NCBI RefSeq assembly: GCF_030144855.1
Contig: NC_082730.1
Location: forward strand, 14,632,001-14,696,000
Length of the DNA stretch: 64,000 nt
DNA from: Hypanus sabinus
Lineage: Eukaryota
Reading direction: 5' to 3'
Position numbers and translations under genes: made by a program. This document shows, in pieces, positions 24,191 to 37,979 of the stretch (positions are counted from its first letter, which is position 1; every line of letters starts with the position of its first letter). The notes under the pieces were generated by a model, which was not told where the DNA came from, ran no database searches, and saw only the letters and a program-made list of their open reading frames with translations.

Positions 24191-27100
24191 ATAGAAACAT
24201 AGAAACAGAAAATAGGTGCAGGAGTAGGCCATTCGGCCCTCCGAGCCTGCACCGCCTTTCAGTATGATCATGGCTGATCATCCAACTCAGAACCCTGTAC
24301 CTACTTTCTCTCCATACCCCCTGATCCCTTTAGCCACAAGGGCCACATCTAACTTCCTCTTAACTATAGCCAATGAACCAGCCTCAACTGTTTCCTGTGG
24401 CAGAGAATTCCACAGATTCACCACTCTCTGTGTGAAGAAGTTTTTCCTCATCTCGGTCTTAAAAGGCTTCCCCTTTATCCTTAAATTGTGACCCCTCTTT
24501 CTGGACTTACCTAACATCAGAAACAATCTTTCTGCATCTAGCCTGTCCAATCCCTTTAGAAGTTTATATGTTTCAATAAGAGCCCCCCTCAATCTTCTAA
24601 ATTCCAGTGAGTATAAGCCTAGTCGATCCAGTCTTTCTTCATATGAAAGTCCTGCCATCCCAGGATTCAATCTGGTGAACCTTCTCTGTACTCCCTCTAT
24701 GGCAAGAATGTCTTTCCTCAGATTAGGGGACCAAAACTGCACACAATATTCTAGGTGCGGTCTCACCAAGGCCTTGTACAACTGCAGTAGAACCTCCCTG
24801 CTCCTGTACTCAAATCCTTTTGCTATGAATACCAACATACCATTTGCCTTTTTCACCGCCTGCTGTACCTGCATGCCCACCTTCAATGACTGGTGTACAA
24901 TGACACCCATGTCTCATTGCATCTCCCCTTTTCCTAATCGGTCACTGTTCAGATAATAATCTGTTTTCCTGTTCTTGCAACCAAAGTGGATAACCTCACA
25001 TTTATCCACATTAAATTGCATCCGCCATGAATTTGCCCAGTCACCTAACCTATCCAAGTCACCCTGCATCCACTTAGCATCCTCCTCACAGCTAACACCG
25101 CCACCCAGCTTCGTGTCATCCACAAATGTGGAGATGCTGCATTTAATTCCCTCGTCTAAATCATTAATATATATTGTAAACAACTAGGGTCCCACCACTG
25201 AGCCTTCCGGTACCCCACTAGTCACTGCCTGCCATTTTGAAAAGGTCCTGTTTACTCCCACTCTTTGATTCCTGTCTGCCAACTAATTCTCTATCCACAT
25301 CAATACCATACCCTCAATACTGTGTGCTTTAGGTTTGCACACTAATCTCCTGTGTGGGACCTTGTCAAAAGCCTTTTGAAAATCTAAATATACCACATCC
25401 ACTGGCTCTCCCCTATCCACTATACTAGTTACATCTTCAAAAAATTCTATAAGATTCATCAGACATGATTTTCCTTTCACAAATCCATGCTGAATTTGTC
25501 CGATGATTTCACCTCTTTCTAAATGTGCTGTTATCAAAACTTTGATAACCGACTCTAGCATTTTCCCCACCACCGATGTCAGACTAACCGGTCTATAATT
25601 CCCTGGTTTCTCTCTCCCTCCTTTTTTTAAAAAGTGGGGTTACATTAGCCACCCTCCAATCCTCCAGAACCTAAAGAGTTTTGAAAAATTATCACTAATG
25701 CATCTAATGCACTATTTCTTGGGCTACTTCCTTAAGCACTCTGGGATGCAGACCATCTGGCCCTGGGGATCTACCTGCATTTAGTCCCTTCAATTTACCT
25801 AACACCACTTCCCTACTAACATGTATTTCACTCAGTTCCTCCATCTCACTAGACCCTCTGTCCCTTACTATTTCCGGAAGATTATTTATGTCCTCCTTAG
25901 TGAAGACAGAACCAAAGCAGTTATTCAATTGGTCTGCCATGTCCTTGTTCCCTATGATCAAATCACCTGTTTCTGACTGTAAAGGACCTACATTTGTCTT
26001 GACCAATCCTTTTCTTTTCACATATCTATAAAAGCTTTTACAGTCAGTTTTTATGTTCCCTGCCAGCTTTCTCTCATAATCTTTTTTCCCTTTCCTAATT
26101 AAGGGCTTTGTCCTCCTCTGCTGGCCTCTGAATTTCTCCCAGTCCTCAGGTGTGCTGCTTTTTTTTTGCTAATTCATATGTTTCTTCTTTGGACTTGATA
26201 CTATCCCTAATTTCCCTTGTCAGCCACGGGTGCACTACCATTCCTGGTTTATTCTTTTGCCAAACTGTGATGAACAATTGTTGTAGTTCATCCATGCGAT
26301 CTTTAAAAGCCTGCCATTGCATATCCACCGTCAACCATTTAAGTATGATTTGCCAGTCTATCTTAGCTAATTCACGTCTCTTACCTTCAAAGTTACCTTT
26401 CTTTAAGTTCAGAACCTTTGTTTCTGAATTAACTATGTCACTCTCCATCTTAATGAAGAATTCCACCATATTATGGTCACTCTTACCCAAGGGGTCTCGC
26501 ACGACAAGATTGCTAACACTTCCTCATTGCTCAATACCCAATCTAGAATGGCCTGCTCTCTAGTTGGTTCCTCAACATGTTGGTTCAGAAAACCATCCCG
26601 CATACATTCCAAGAAATCCTCTTCCTCAGCACCCTTACCACTTTGGTTCACCCAATCTATATGTAGATTGAAGTCACCCATTATAACTAATGTTCCTTTA
26701 ATGCACGCATTTCTAATTTCCTGTGTAATGCCATCCCCAGCCTCACTACTACTGTTAGGTGGCCTGCACACAACTCCCACCAGCATTTTCTGCCCGTTAG
26801 TGTTATGCAGCTCTACCCATATCGATTCCACATCCTCCAGGCTAATGTCCTTCCTTTCTATTGTGTTAATCTCCTCTCTAACCAGCAATGCTACCCCACC
26901 TCCTTTTCTTTCCTGTCTATCCCTTCTGAATATTGAATATCCCTAGATGTTGAGCTCCCATCCTTGGTTACCCTGGAGCCATGTCTCCGTGATCCCAACT
27001 ATATCATATTCATTAATAACTATCTGCACATTCAATTCATCCACCTTGTTACGAATGCTCCTCGCATTGATGCACAAAGCCTTCAGGCTTGTTTTTACAA

Positions 27101-27331
27101 CACTCTTAGCCCTTATACAATTATGTTGGAAAGTGGCTATTTTTGCTTTTTGGCCTGGATTTCCCTGCCTGCCACTTTTACTTTTCACCTTACTACTTTT
27201 TGCTTCTACCCTCATTTTATACCCCTCTGCCTCTCTGCACTTGATCCCATCCCCCTGCCACATTAGTTTAAAGCCTCCTGAACAGCATTAGCAAACGCTC
27301 CCCCTGGGACATTGGTTCTAGTTCAATCCAG
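24191..27331 (-). mobile_element. Relatively young 5'-truncated CR1 LINE inserted into LTR1
   Basis: Endonuclease (IVGITETWL, GDFNLHIDW; 26433-27263) and RT (YLDFQKAFDKVPH, FVDDTKLGG; 24287-25573) domains, with a (CTATGTTT)n-type 3' tail at 24191-24205. The LTR resumes at ~27332. Confidence 0.92.
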
Positions 27332-27888
27332 TGCATCCGAGATAACTCCTGTCTATAAGAGCAGAAAGGGTTGGGGTAGTGTTACTCGCCAAGGAAAAGG
27401 TCAGATCATTTAAGCTATTTTTGTTTCCTACATCATGAGTCTTTCGGGCAAGGCATATTACCTTTGGGATCAGCAGTACCGTCATGTCATCAACAAATTC
27501 ATTACTTCAGGGAAGTCTCTTCTAATTGACTGTATAAATCATTTGGCTTTTTGCATTTGCCGCTTTAAGAACTGTGTTGGCATTTATCACTTTATGAACT
27601 GTTCGAATTGCCATATAGCAGTTAACTTCTGGTTAAGTTAGTCGTTTGTTTACTTTTCATTTTTGTTGAACAGAGTTAAATAAATGTTTTTTGTTTATAA
27701 AAAAAAATCCTGTCTCAATTCTATATTCATTGTTGTCAGAGATGTATTGTAACAATTGGGGGCTCATGGGATATGTTACATTTTTGAGTTTATGTGCTTA
27801 GTTTTTGAGTTTAATTATCAGTCTGATTTGGAAAAGTGAAATTCCTGATTCTTTTGTTTGATTGGTTTGTGGGTGGTATTCAGCAACA

Positions 27889-30800
27889 ATGAATATTGAT
27901 GACGTTCTTGCATCGCCAGACCCGGAGTTATTTGCGAAGGCGAAAAAGAGTGATGTATCTGAGATTGCTAGCAGGTTGGAACTTAAAGGTATTTCGAAGG
28001 CTACAATGAAACCTGTAATTCAGAGGAAAATCATGAAACACTATATAAATTTGGGTGTTTTCGATGATGTGCAGTTAGATAGGTTCCCTGTAAGTGAAGC
28101 AGTGATCCTGTTACACCTAGAACAGGTAGCATTAGAAAAGCTCAGAATAGAAGCTGAGTTAAAACAGAAACAATTGGAAGCTGAGTTGGTTAGAAGCTGA
28201 AAATAAAAGGAGGGAAATTGAACTTGCAATGGCGGAATTAAGGTCCAAGAATCAGTCCTCTGGTTCTAAGAAACAGTTTGTTATTAGTAAAGAAGTTATA
28301 TTAGCTCCTCCATTTAATGAAACAGAAGTAGAGAAATATTTCCAACATTTTGAAACTGTTGCTCTGATTTCAGAGTGGCCAAAAGAGAAATGACCAGTGA
28401 TGTTACAGAGTGTAATTAAAGGCAAGGCATGACAAGTTTATACAGCTTTAACAGCTGAGCAAGCACTTAATTATGATATTGTGAAGCAGCATATACTGAA
28501 AGTGTATGAACTTGTTCCAGAAGCTTGTAGAGAAACATTCTGAAATTTGAAGAAATCCATGGAAAATATTTACGTGGAACTTGCCTACGATAAAGCTGTG
28601 TGTTTTGAGAGATGGGTTTCCTCTAAAAAAATGTGAATGGGGAGTATAATACATTAAAAGAGTTGATTTTAATGGAGGAATTTAAAAGGAACATCCCTGT
28701 TGAAGTAAGAACATACTTAAATGAGAGGGACACTGCTACCTTTCAGGAGACTGCTATATTAGCAGATGTGTATGCTTTAATCCATAAGAGGAAATTTCAT
28801 CAGGGTAGAACTTTTAAAAGGAAAAATAGCACAGAGAGTCAAGATAAACTAGAAATTAAATCAGAAGTTAGTGAGAAAGGGAAGGAGGAAGGAAAACATG
28901 AAGGAAAGACAGTTTGGTCCTATTTGTTATTATTGTAGGAAACCTGGTCACGTAATAGCTAATTATTTCTGATTGAAGGAGAAGGAAACAGTCCCACATG
29001 CTTGTGTGCAACATACTGAAACACCTGTAAATCCACAGGGTTTGATAAATACAAATGAAGCTTTGTCAGAGTCTGACCAAGTTAATAGGGGATATGATCA
29101 TTTTATAACCGAAGGATTTATATCCTTGAAAGAGGGATCCACTCTGGTGCCAATAAAAATCCTTAGGGATACTGGAGCTTCTCAATCACTAATGTTAGAC
29201 AGTGTGTTAAAGTTTAATGATGAGTCTGACACTGGTGTGGTAAACTATATACAAGGTGTTGGGAGTGCCCTTATGCCTGTACATTTGCATAGAGTAAGTT
29301 TAAGGTTGGGGTTAGTTACAGGACCTGTTAAAGTAGGACTACAACCCAGCTTACCTGTGAATGATGTTTCTCTATTGTTAGGGAATGATTTAGCAGGTGG
29401 ACAAGTTTTTCCTGAAGTGCATATGACAGTAAAGTCAGAGGAACCACGGATGGATACTAACACAGATTCCTCCTGTGTTGTGATTCAAGCTGTGGCTAAA
29501 AAGCTTGATGTGCAGGATGAGATTGTTGCCCATGGCTGTTCAACTCAGGATTCAAATTTTGAGGATGTGTCAGAAACTTTCTTACCTTCATTGTTTGATC
29601 AAGATTCTTGGAGTAAGTCTGCCCATGAAGATTTGTCTCTGTCTTGGAAGAAGATCATAGTAGAGCAGAGTTGAGACCCTGAGATTATCAAATTAAAGGA
29701 ACAAGCGCTCCTGGATAGTAAAATTGATAAGTTGCCAGTAGGATGTTATTTTGAGAAAGGAGTATTAATGAGGAAGTGGAGATCACCTGCAATTCCTGCA
29801 AGTGATAAATGGAAGGTTGTTCATCAGGTAGTTGTTCCTAAAGTTTATCGGAATGAGATTTTAACTTTAGCTCATAGTGTGCCCTTGGGTGGACTTCAAG
29901 GGGTGAAGAAAACTGTGGGCAAGGTTTTAAACATTTTTACTAGCCTGGTTTGAGAAAAGATGTGGCAACATTTTGCAGAACATGTCATACTTCCCAAATT
30001 GTGGGTAAACCTAATCAAGTTATTCCAGTGGCTCCACCGCAACCTAACCCCACATTTGGTGAACCGTTTTCTAACATTATTGTAGATTCTGTAGGCCCAT
30101 TAGCAAAAACTAAAGCTGGCCATGAATATTTGCTGACCACCATATGCACGGCGTCTAGGTTTCTAGAGGCAGTACCACTTAGGAATATAATGGCTAAAAC
30201 TGTAACAAAGGCTCTTATAAGATTCTTTACTTATTTTGAGTTGCCTAAGGAAATACAATCTGATCAAGGTAGTAATTTTATGTCTGGATTGTTTCAACAG
30301 ATAGTTTATAAACTGGGAACTAAGCAGATTACCTCATCTGCATACCATCCAGAATCACAAGAAGTCTTGGAGAGGTTTCATTCTACCCTCAAGACTATCA
30401 TTAGGATGTATTGTGTAGAAAATGGAAATGATTGGGATGAGGGTATATACTTACTTCTATTTGCAGTACGGTAGTCAGTACAGGAATCATTAGGTTTTTT
30501 TTTAGCCCATTTGAACTTGTATTTGGGCATAGAGTTAGTGGACCTTTGGCCTTATTAAAAGAACAATGGATTAATAAAGAGGTACACGCTAATTTGCTGG
30601 AATTTAAGGATAGATTACATAAAGCTTGTAGTTTAGCCAGGAAAAAATTAAAATCAGCTCAGGTGAAAATGAAAACCTGGTATGATAAAAAAGCTAGAAT
30701 GAGGTAATTTAAGCCTGGAGATAAGGTGTTGGTTCTTTTCCCAGGGCAAACAAATCCTTTACAAACTAGATTTCATGGTCCTTATGAAATTATGTCTGAA

Positions 30801-32406
30801 GTTAATGATGTGAATTATGTGATAAAATGCCAGATCAAACAGGGCCAACTCAGCTTTGTCATATAAATATGATAAAACCATGTTATGAGAAACAGTCTGC
30901 TATTATGACTATTGCCATCAATAATAATGAGTCTGATCTCACTTGGAACTTAATCGATGATTCATCTGAAGCTGATTTTAAACCCAGTATTATTTCTGCC
31001 AGATTACCAAACTCAAAAATTCTGGAAAATATTGAGGAGAAATTAGCTCATTTATGGCCAGAGCAGAAGCAGCAGATAAAGCAATTAATTTTTAAATATA
31101 GGGATTTATTTCCAGACATTCCTAAAAGAACCACAGTATCTTCACATGATGTAGATGTTGAAGATGCCAAACCCATAAAGCTACATCCATATCAGATGAA
31201 CATGGAAAATTGTGAACTTGCTAAGAAAGAAATTGTGTATATGTTGGAGAATAATATTATTAGACCTTCTAGATTTAACTGGAGTTCACCTTGTGTTATG
31301 GTGCCTAAGTCAGACGTAGTATTCGGTTTTGTACTGACTACAGGAAGGTGAATGCTGTAATAAAAACAGATGTGTATTCAATCCCTAGAGTGGATGATTG
31401 TGTGGATAAAGTTTATTACAAAGATTGATTTGTTGAAAGAGTATTGGTGTGTTCCATTGACAGATAGAGGTAGAGAGATTTCTGCATTTGTAACCCCATC
31501 TGGGTTATATGAATATAATGGTCTTCCTTTTGGGATGAAGAATGCACCTGGTCCTTTCCAGCAGATGATTAATTCTGTGATTGATGGGTTAAAAGATCAA
31601 GCTGCCTATATTGACAATTTAGTTACAGGAAGTGATACTTGGGAAGCACTTGTTACTGCAGTGGAGAAACTATTTGAAAGGCATTCAAAAGCTCACTTAA
31701 CTATTAACTTAGCTCAAAGTGAATTTGGTCATGCCACTGTGACTTACCTTGGTTATGTTTTGGATCAAGGTGAGTTAGCTCCTGTTCAGGCAAAAGATGG
31801 GGCCATTTTAGAGGTCCCCACTCCAACTGGTAAAAAAACTCTCAGAAGATTTTTGGGAATGGTTGAATATTACCAAAAATTTATAAGAATTTTGCTAATA
31901 TTGCTCTTCCATGAACTAACCTCTTGAAGAAAAATGAGAAGTTTGTGTGGACTGTGCTTTGTCAGGAGGCATTTCAGAAATTGAAAGCCGTGCTATGTCA
32001 TCAACCTGTGCTCTGGCCACCTGACTTTGAAAAACCATTTTCATTAGCTGTAGATGCTAGCAATGAGGCTGCAGGAGCAGTACTACTTCAAAGGAATGAG
32101 AATGACAAGGTTGATCATCCAGTAGCTTACTGTTCTAAGAAATTTAATAAGCATCAAAGAAACTATTCAATATAGAAAAGGAATTATTATCCCATATGTT
32201 GGCTTTACAACATTTTAATGTGCATGTTGGTACAAAAACCACTCATAGTTTTCACTGATCATAATCCATAAGTGTTTCTGAGTAAGATGAAAAACAAAAA
32301 TAGAATGTTAATAAATTGGAATCTGATGTTACAGGAGTATAATATTTTGATAACTCATATTAAAGGCAAAGGTAATGTGATTGCTGACTGTCTATCTAGA
32401 TGTTGA
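27889..32406 (+). pseudogene. Decayed gag-pol: gag (SCAN-like/knuckle region), protease, integrase, RT, RNase H in PR-IN-RT-RH order
   Basis: LRDTGASQSL protease (~29160), integrase (GPLAKTKAGHEYLL, EIQSDQGSNF; 29730-30480), RT (PFGMKNAP, AYIDN; 31200-31920) and RNase H (LAVDASNE..ADCLSR; 31924-32406); many frameshifts and stops. Confidence 0.9.
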
Positions 32407-35239
32407 ATGTACAATATAATTTTCTTTATGGAGTGATATTTTAACATTTGTAACACTCCTACTGTATATTAATTTGTAAGGTGCTGTATGATAATACTAT
32501 GTATATTGTGTATTTTGTAGATTTTATACGTTTGTTTTTTTATGTAATTGGTTAATTGTTAAAATTTTGCTCACGACATACCAAAAAAATATTTTTTGGA
32601 CGGAGGTGTTACATACCCCTGGGTATCTTGTGACTGTCTTATGACCATGATGTAATTGGGTATCTGGTGATCATGATGTAATGGTCTTGTGATGGTAGGG
32701 TGATGTAATTTCCCACCAGCGTGAGGTCACATGATGTAATTTTTCTGCCAGTGTGAGGTCACATGATGACATGTTCTCAACAGGTATAAAACTGGAAAGC
32801 CTGCTGTGATGCAGGAGTTTTCAGTTGAGACATCGTTCAATTCATCAGTTACTCCATTATGCTGTGTATTTGGTCTCATGCAGAAGTTTTGTTTTAAAGT
32901 GGACTTTTACTTTCTACCGTAAGACTTGTTGTGCTGACAGTTTTTAAAATCACTGCCAGTTATGTTTGATGTATTTTTGATTTAATTTTAAATTTTAATT
33001 TTTGGAGAATGGATTTTACCGAAGTACGGGAACCCAAAGGATCAAGTAAAGTTGTTGTCGTCAGAGGTTTAATACAGGATCGACCTTATTGGATCTTCAT
33101 TTAGTGAATAGTAACCTGCATCTGAGATAACCCCTGCCTGCAAGAGCAGAAGGGATTGGGCCACTGTTATTTGCCAAGGAAAAGTTCAGTTCCTTTAAGC
33201 CGTTTTTATTTCCTACATCGTGAGTCTTTCGGGCAAGGCATATGTTGGCTGGGATCAAGAGTAATGTCACATCTTCAAGGAATTCATTACTTCACAAAAG
33301 TCTCTCCTAATTGACTGCATAAATCATTTGGACTTTTGCATTTACCACTTTAAGAACTGTTCGAGTTGTTGTATAGAAGTTAACTTCTGGTTAAGTTGGT
33401 CATTTGTTTACTTTTCATTTTTGTTGAACAGAGTTAAATAAATGTTTATTTGTTTATATACAAAACCTGTCTCAATTTGATATTCATTGTTGCCAGAGAT
33501 GTATCATAATAATTGAGGGCTTGTGGGATATGTTCCGTTTTTGAGTTTATGTGCTTACTTAATTGTCGATCTGAATTGGAAAAGGGAAATTCCCGATTCT
33601 TTTGTTTAATAGGTTTGTCAGTGGTATTCGGCAACAATGAATATTGATGATTTTCTGGCATCACCGGACCCAGAGTTATTAGCGAAGGTGAAAAAGGGTG
33701 ATGTATCTGAGATTGCTAGCAGGTTGGAACTTAAAGGTATTTCAAAGGCTACAACAAAGCCTGTAATTCAGAGGAAAATCGTGGAACACTATATAAATTT
33801 GGGTGTTTTCAATGACGTGGAGTTAGATAAGTTCCCTGTAAGTAAAGCAGTGATCCAGTTACACCTGGAACAGGTAGTGTTAGAAAAGCTTAGAATAGAA
33901 GCAGATACGTATCATGACACACTCAATATATTTTTTAAATAAAGGTCAATGTGCCAAAAGCTTTCTTTATGACCCAATCTAACTGTGACACCACTTTCAA
34001 CAAATTATGGACCAGTATTCCCTTTGTTCTACCACACTCCTCAGTGCCCTACTGTTCTTTGTGTAAGAACTACCCTGGTTGGTGCTTCCGGTGCAAAACA
34101 TAGAAACATAGGAAATAGGTGCAGGAGTAGGCCATTCAGCCATTTGGCCATTTAGCCAAAACTTCACACTTGACTGCATTAAATTTCATCTGCCGATTTT
34201 CAGCCCATTTTTCCAGCTTTTGCAGATCCCTCTGCAAACCATGAAAGCATTCCTCACTGTCCACTACACCCCCAATCTTGGTGTCATCTGCAAATTTGCT
34301 GTTCCATTTAACCACATTATCATCCAGATCGTTGATATAGATGTGAACAACAGCACCATTCCCTGTGGAACTCCATGAGTCGCAGGCCTCCAGTCAGAGA
34401 GGCAACCATCTGCTACCACTCACTGGCGTCTTCCACAAAGCCAATGTCTAATCCAGTTTGCTACCTTATCTTGAATGCTAAGCAACTGAAGCTTAATGAC
34501 CAATTTCCAAAGCTGGTTTTCATCAAGTGCCTTGTTAATGTCTATGTAAACAACATCCACGACCTTGTCTTCATCCACTTTCTTGGTAAACACCTCAAGA
34601 AACTTTATAAGATTGGTTAGACTTGCACTACCATACCCAAAGCCATGCTGACTATCCTTAATTAGTCTATGTCTATCCAAATATTAAATATATCCAGTCA
34701 CTTAGAATACATTCCAATAACTTTCCTACAACTTATGTCAGACTCACTGCTCTATAATTTCCTGGTTTATGTTTAGAGCCTTTTTTAAACAACAGAACAA
34801 CATTGGCTATGCTCCAGTCCTCTGATAGCTCCTCTGTCACTAGGTATGATTTAAATACCCGTATGCCATGGCACTGGTAATTTTTGCACTTGTTGTCTAT
34901 AGAGACAAAGGGAAAAACTCAGCAGGCCATGGCGGTTTATCCATGCTGATTTGCCTCAGGGTAGCAAATACTTTCTCCTCTGACAGGTTGACATTTCATG
35001 GAGTTCAGAGGCAGAAAAATGTGTTGAACTTTCCACTAGAAATCGCTGCTCCATCAGTGGGTCAGACCCTGCATTGGGTGAGAGCAACATGAAAGGGGTT
35101 TCTTTACCCTTGTCAACTTGCCGCAGGGCTCTGTACTGTTGTGGAGCTTCAGGGTATTCCTGCTGTCCTGACTCTTCCCAGAGAAAACATGAATCAGACA
35201 TTTCAGTGGAGATATCAAGTCAATCAATGAGAAACCTAC

Positions 35240-35560
35240 CATCAGATACTTGTAGATGCACAGCAAACACTGAATGCTTGCCAGATGTTGTAATTCCACA
35301 TCTGTAATGTCCTGTATCATTAGAGACAAACTTCTCCATAGTAACAGTAAATATTCCCAGGGATGTGTTATCTCTGATTGTCATTCTTCCATACTGCTCA
35401 ATTGTCCCATTTGTATTCACTAACGACATGCACTGACAAACCCACATGTGGCACAAATACTTTGTGTGTGAATGGTACATTGGTACATAGTGACAATCGA
35501 TTGTGATCGCTCTTCCCACAACTCCTCTTACTTTATCTTCTGCTTATAAAGCACCCGGAA
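35240..35560 (-). pseudogene. Ig V-set exon of G2 with an in-frame TAA at 35544-35546 (Trp position) and KYWC changed to KYLC
   Basis: Acceptor gctccctcag|TT CCG GGT GCT TTA TAA, donor GAT G|GTAGGT, 321 nt, phase 1-1; colinear with the G1 V exon. Confidence 0.88.
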
Positions 35561-36812
35561 CTGAGGGAGCAGTTCTTCAGAAAATGGACAGATAAAATAA
35601 AATTTACACAAGCAGATTCAAGATTGTAGCTTGTTTAATGTTATTCCCTGTATGTGTAAATGAGAATGAAATCATTGTTATTCTGGATTCAATGCAGCAC
35701 AAAAAATATAAAAAATATAGAACACAATAATACACAAAAAAGTCTTATATCAGCTGTCATTGCGTTCCAAGCATTCTTCCCACACTGTCAATTGGCATAA
35801 ATGAATTCCACATAGACTGAGAAGACAGCAGCAATGTCCCTCATCACGTGCTCACAGCTCTTCACAAGTAATGATTTTTATTCGATTGGAGTCATCAATG
35901 TCACTGCCTACTAATGTCTCAGTGTATTTCCACATATCTGAGTCAATAGATTACTGATCCAGTCACATTCAAGGCAGGGGAGCACAAGATCGGTTGGGGG
36001 TGGGGGGAATAACATACTGGAGGTGACTGTGTGAGATAGGATCTAGCTAAATTTGCAATGACTTTGTCAGTCAATGTGATTTTTCTGCAAGCAAAATCTT
36101 TGTTCAAAAAAATTTGACTGAGTTTTTTTGAAGAGATGATCAAAGGAACTGCTGAGGACAGGGCAGTAGTGTTCAGCACATCAAGTTAGCAAGGTACTTG
36201 ACAAGATCTTGCTTAGCAGACTGATTTGTAATGTGAGATCACATGTTAAGCTAGCGGGATTCATACCAAATAGGGTTGGTGAAAGGAATCAAATTGTGGT
36301 GGTGGAGTGTTGGTTTTCTGAAAAATTCAGACTTTATCACCAGTGCTGTGCCATCGGGATCAGTGCTGTTATTTGTTAGCCTCTATTACTCATTATCAAT
36401 ATTAATAATTTAGAATGAAAATGTAGGTGACATAATAAGTAAGTTACAGGTGACAGTGTAGTGCTGTGGGCAGTGGAAAAAGTTGTGTAAGTTTACAAGA
36501 GGATCTCAAAACTGAGCCAGTGTTCAGCCCCAATACACTGTGCCAGCAAGCTCCCACCAGCTGAGTTTGTCCTGTCTGCTTGCATTTGACCGGTCTCCCT
36601 CTCTTCTTGGTTCTACCATCAGGTGGAAGGTGCTGGAGTCCTGGGTCCCACACCCCAGGGTTCATCAGCAGTTGGTTCCGGGCAGCTATCGGGCTCCTGG
36701 ATTGGCATCACTCATCTCAGTGCTGAACTGACTCTGCAGCTGTGAACTCACTTTCAGGGACTCTGTGTCTCATTTCATGTATTATTTGCTTACATGCTTT
36801 TACTACTTGCAT

Positions 36813-37750
36813 TGTTACATACATCGTGGGTATCTTGAGGTTGTCTTCTGGCCATGATGTAATTGAGTATCTGGTGAGCATGATGTAATAGTCTTGTGAT
36901 GGTGGGGTGAAGTAATTTCCTGCCAGTGTGAGGTCACATGATGTAATTTTCCCACCAGTGTGAGGTCATGTGATGGTCTGTTCCAACAGGTATAAAATGG
37001 GGAAAGCCTGCTGTGACACAAGAGTTTTTGTTGGAATGTTGTTTAAGTTGTCCATTACTCCGTTATGCTGTATATTTGGTTTCATGATGCAGTTTTGTTT
37101 TAAAGTGGAGTTTTGATTCTTACTGTAAGGTACATTGCCATTGGGCCGGCAGTTTTGAAAACCACTGCCAGTTATGTTTGATGTATCTTCAATCAAATTT
37201 TAAAGTGTAAGTATTGGAGAGTGACAATTTTACCGAAGTATGGAAACCCGAAGGATCGAATAAAGTTGATATTGTTGGCGGTAATACAGGATCAACATTA
37301 TTGGATCTTCGTTCAGGGAATAGTAACCTGCATCTGAGATAGCCATTGCATTGTAAGAGCAGAAAGAGTTCGGTGCAGCATTATTCACCAAGAAAACAGT
37401 CAGTTCCTTCAAGCAGTTTTTATTTACTTCTTTGTGAATCCTTCGGGTGAGGCATATTTCAACTAGGATCAACAGTATTGTTATGTCATCAAGGAATTCG
37501 TTACTTCAGGAAAGTCTCTCTTAGATGACTGTATAAATCATTTGGACTTTCACATTTATCACTTTAAGAACTGTGTTCACATTTATCTCTTTAAGAACAG
37601 TTCGAGTTGCCGTATAGCAGTTAACTTCCGATTAAGTTAGTCGTTTGTTTACTTTTTCATTTTTATTGAGCAGAGTTTAAATAAATGTTTCTTTGTTTGT
37701 AAAAAACAAACCTGTCTCATTTCTATATTCATTGTTGCCGTATCGTAACA
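36813..37750 (+). mobile_element. Solo LTR of the same Gmr1-type family
   Basis: TGTTACA..CGTAACA termini, alignable to 32607-33511; flanks gcat/gcac are a near-perfect 4-bp TSD. Confidence 0.85.
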
Positions 37751-37979
37751 GCACAACTTATCTTCTTCTGCACATTGGATGTTTGTTGTGTGTGTGGTTT
37801 GTTGTGGATTTCATTGTGTTTCTTTGTTTTGTGGGCAAAAGTATGGTGGATGGTCACAGTCTTTATCCCAGAGTGTGTGTGTGTGTGTGGCCTCCATCGG
37901 TCGTGGTCAACCATGGGTACTGCGCCTCTTGTTGTCATTGAGAGTGTCTTTTCCAGGGTACAAGCCAGGGCAGAGTTGA

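Larger units (their letters stand above)
23688..33919 (+). mobile_element. Gmr1-type Ty3/Gypsy LTR retrotransposon in tandem configuration: LTR1 23688-27754, internal 27755-32606, LTR2 32607-33511, second gag start 33512-33902, terminal LTR remnant 33903-33919
   Basis: TGTTACA LTR starts, ..GTAACA end, PBS-like attgggggctc after LTR1 and a similar sequence after LTR2, PPT ttttttggacggagg, and 4-bp TSD CACT at 23684-23687 and 33920-33923. Confidence 0.88.
23300..34860 (-). mobile_element. Older CR1 element (23300-23687 plus 33920-34860) split by the Gypsy insertion
   Basis: The CR1 sequence ..ctaactcttgcact| resumes as |cactcaatata..gtgccaaaagctttc. ORFs 23308-23667 and 34420-34680 are CR1 RT. 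Confidence 0.8.

Noticed and set aside
24287-27263. CR1 copy as an autonomous active element
   Set aside because: ORF2 is broken into several ORFs and the 5' end/ORF1 is missing.
35770-35815. ATG TGG AAT TCA TTT.. as the G2 leader
   Set aside because: Position and a few upstream motifs fit, but it is not hydrophobic and has only a weak donor; at best a heavily decayed leader.
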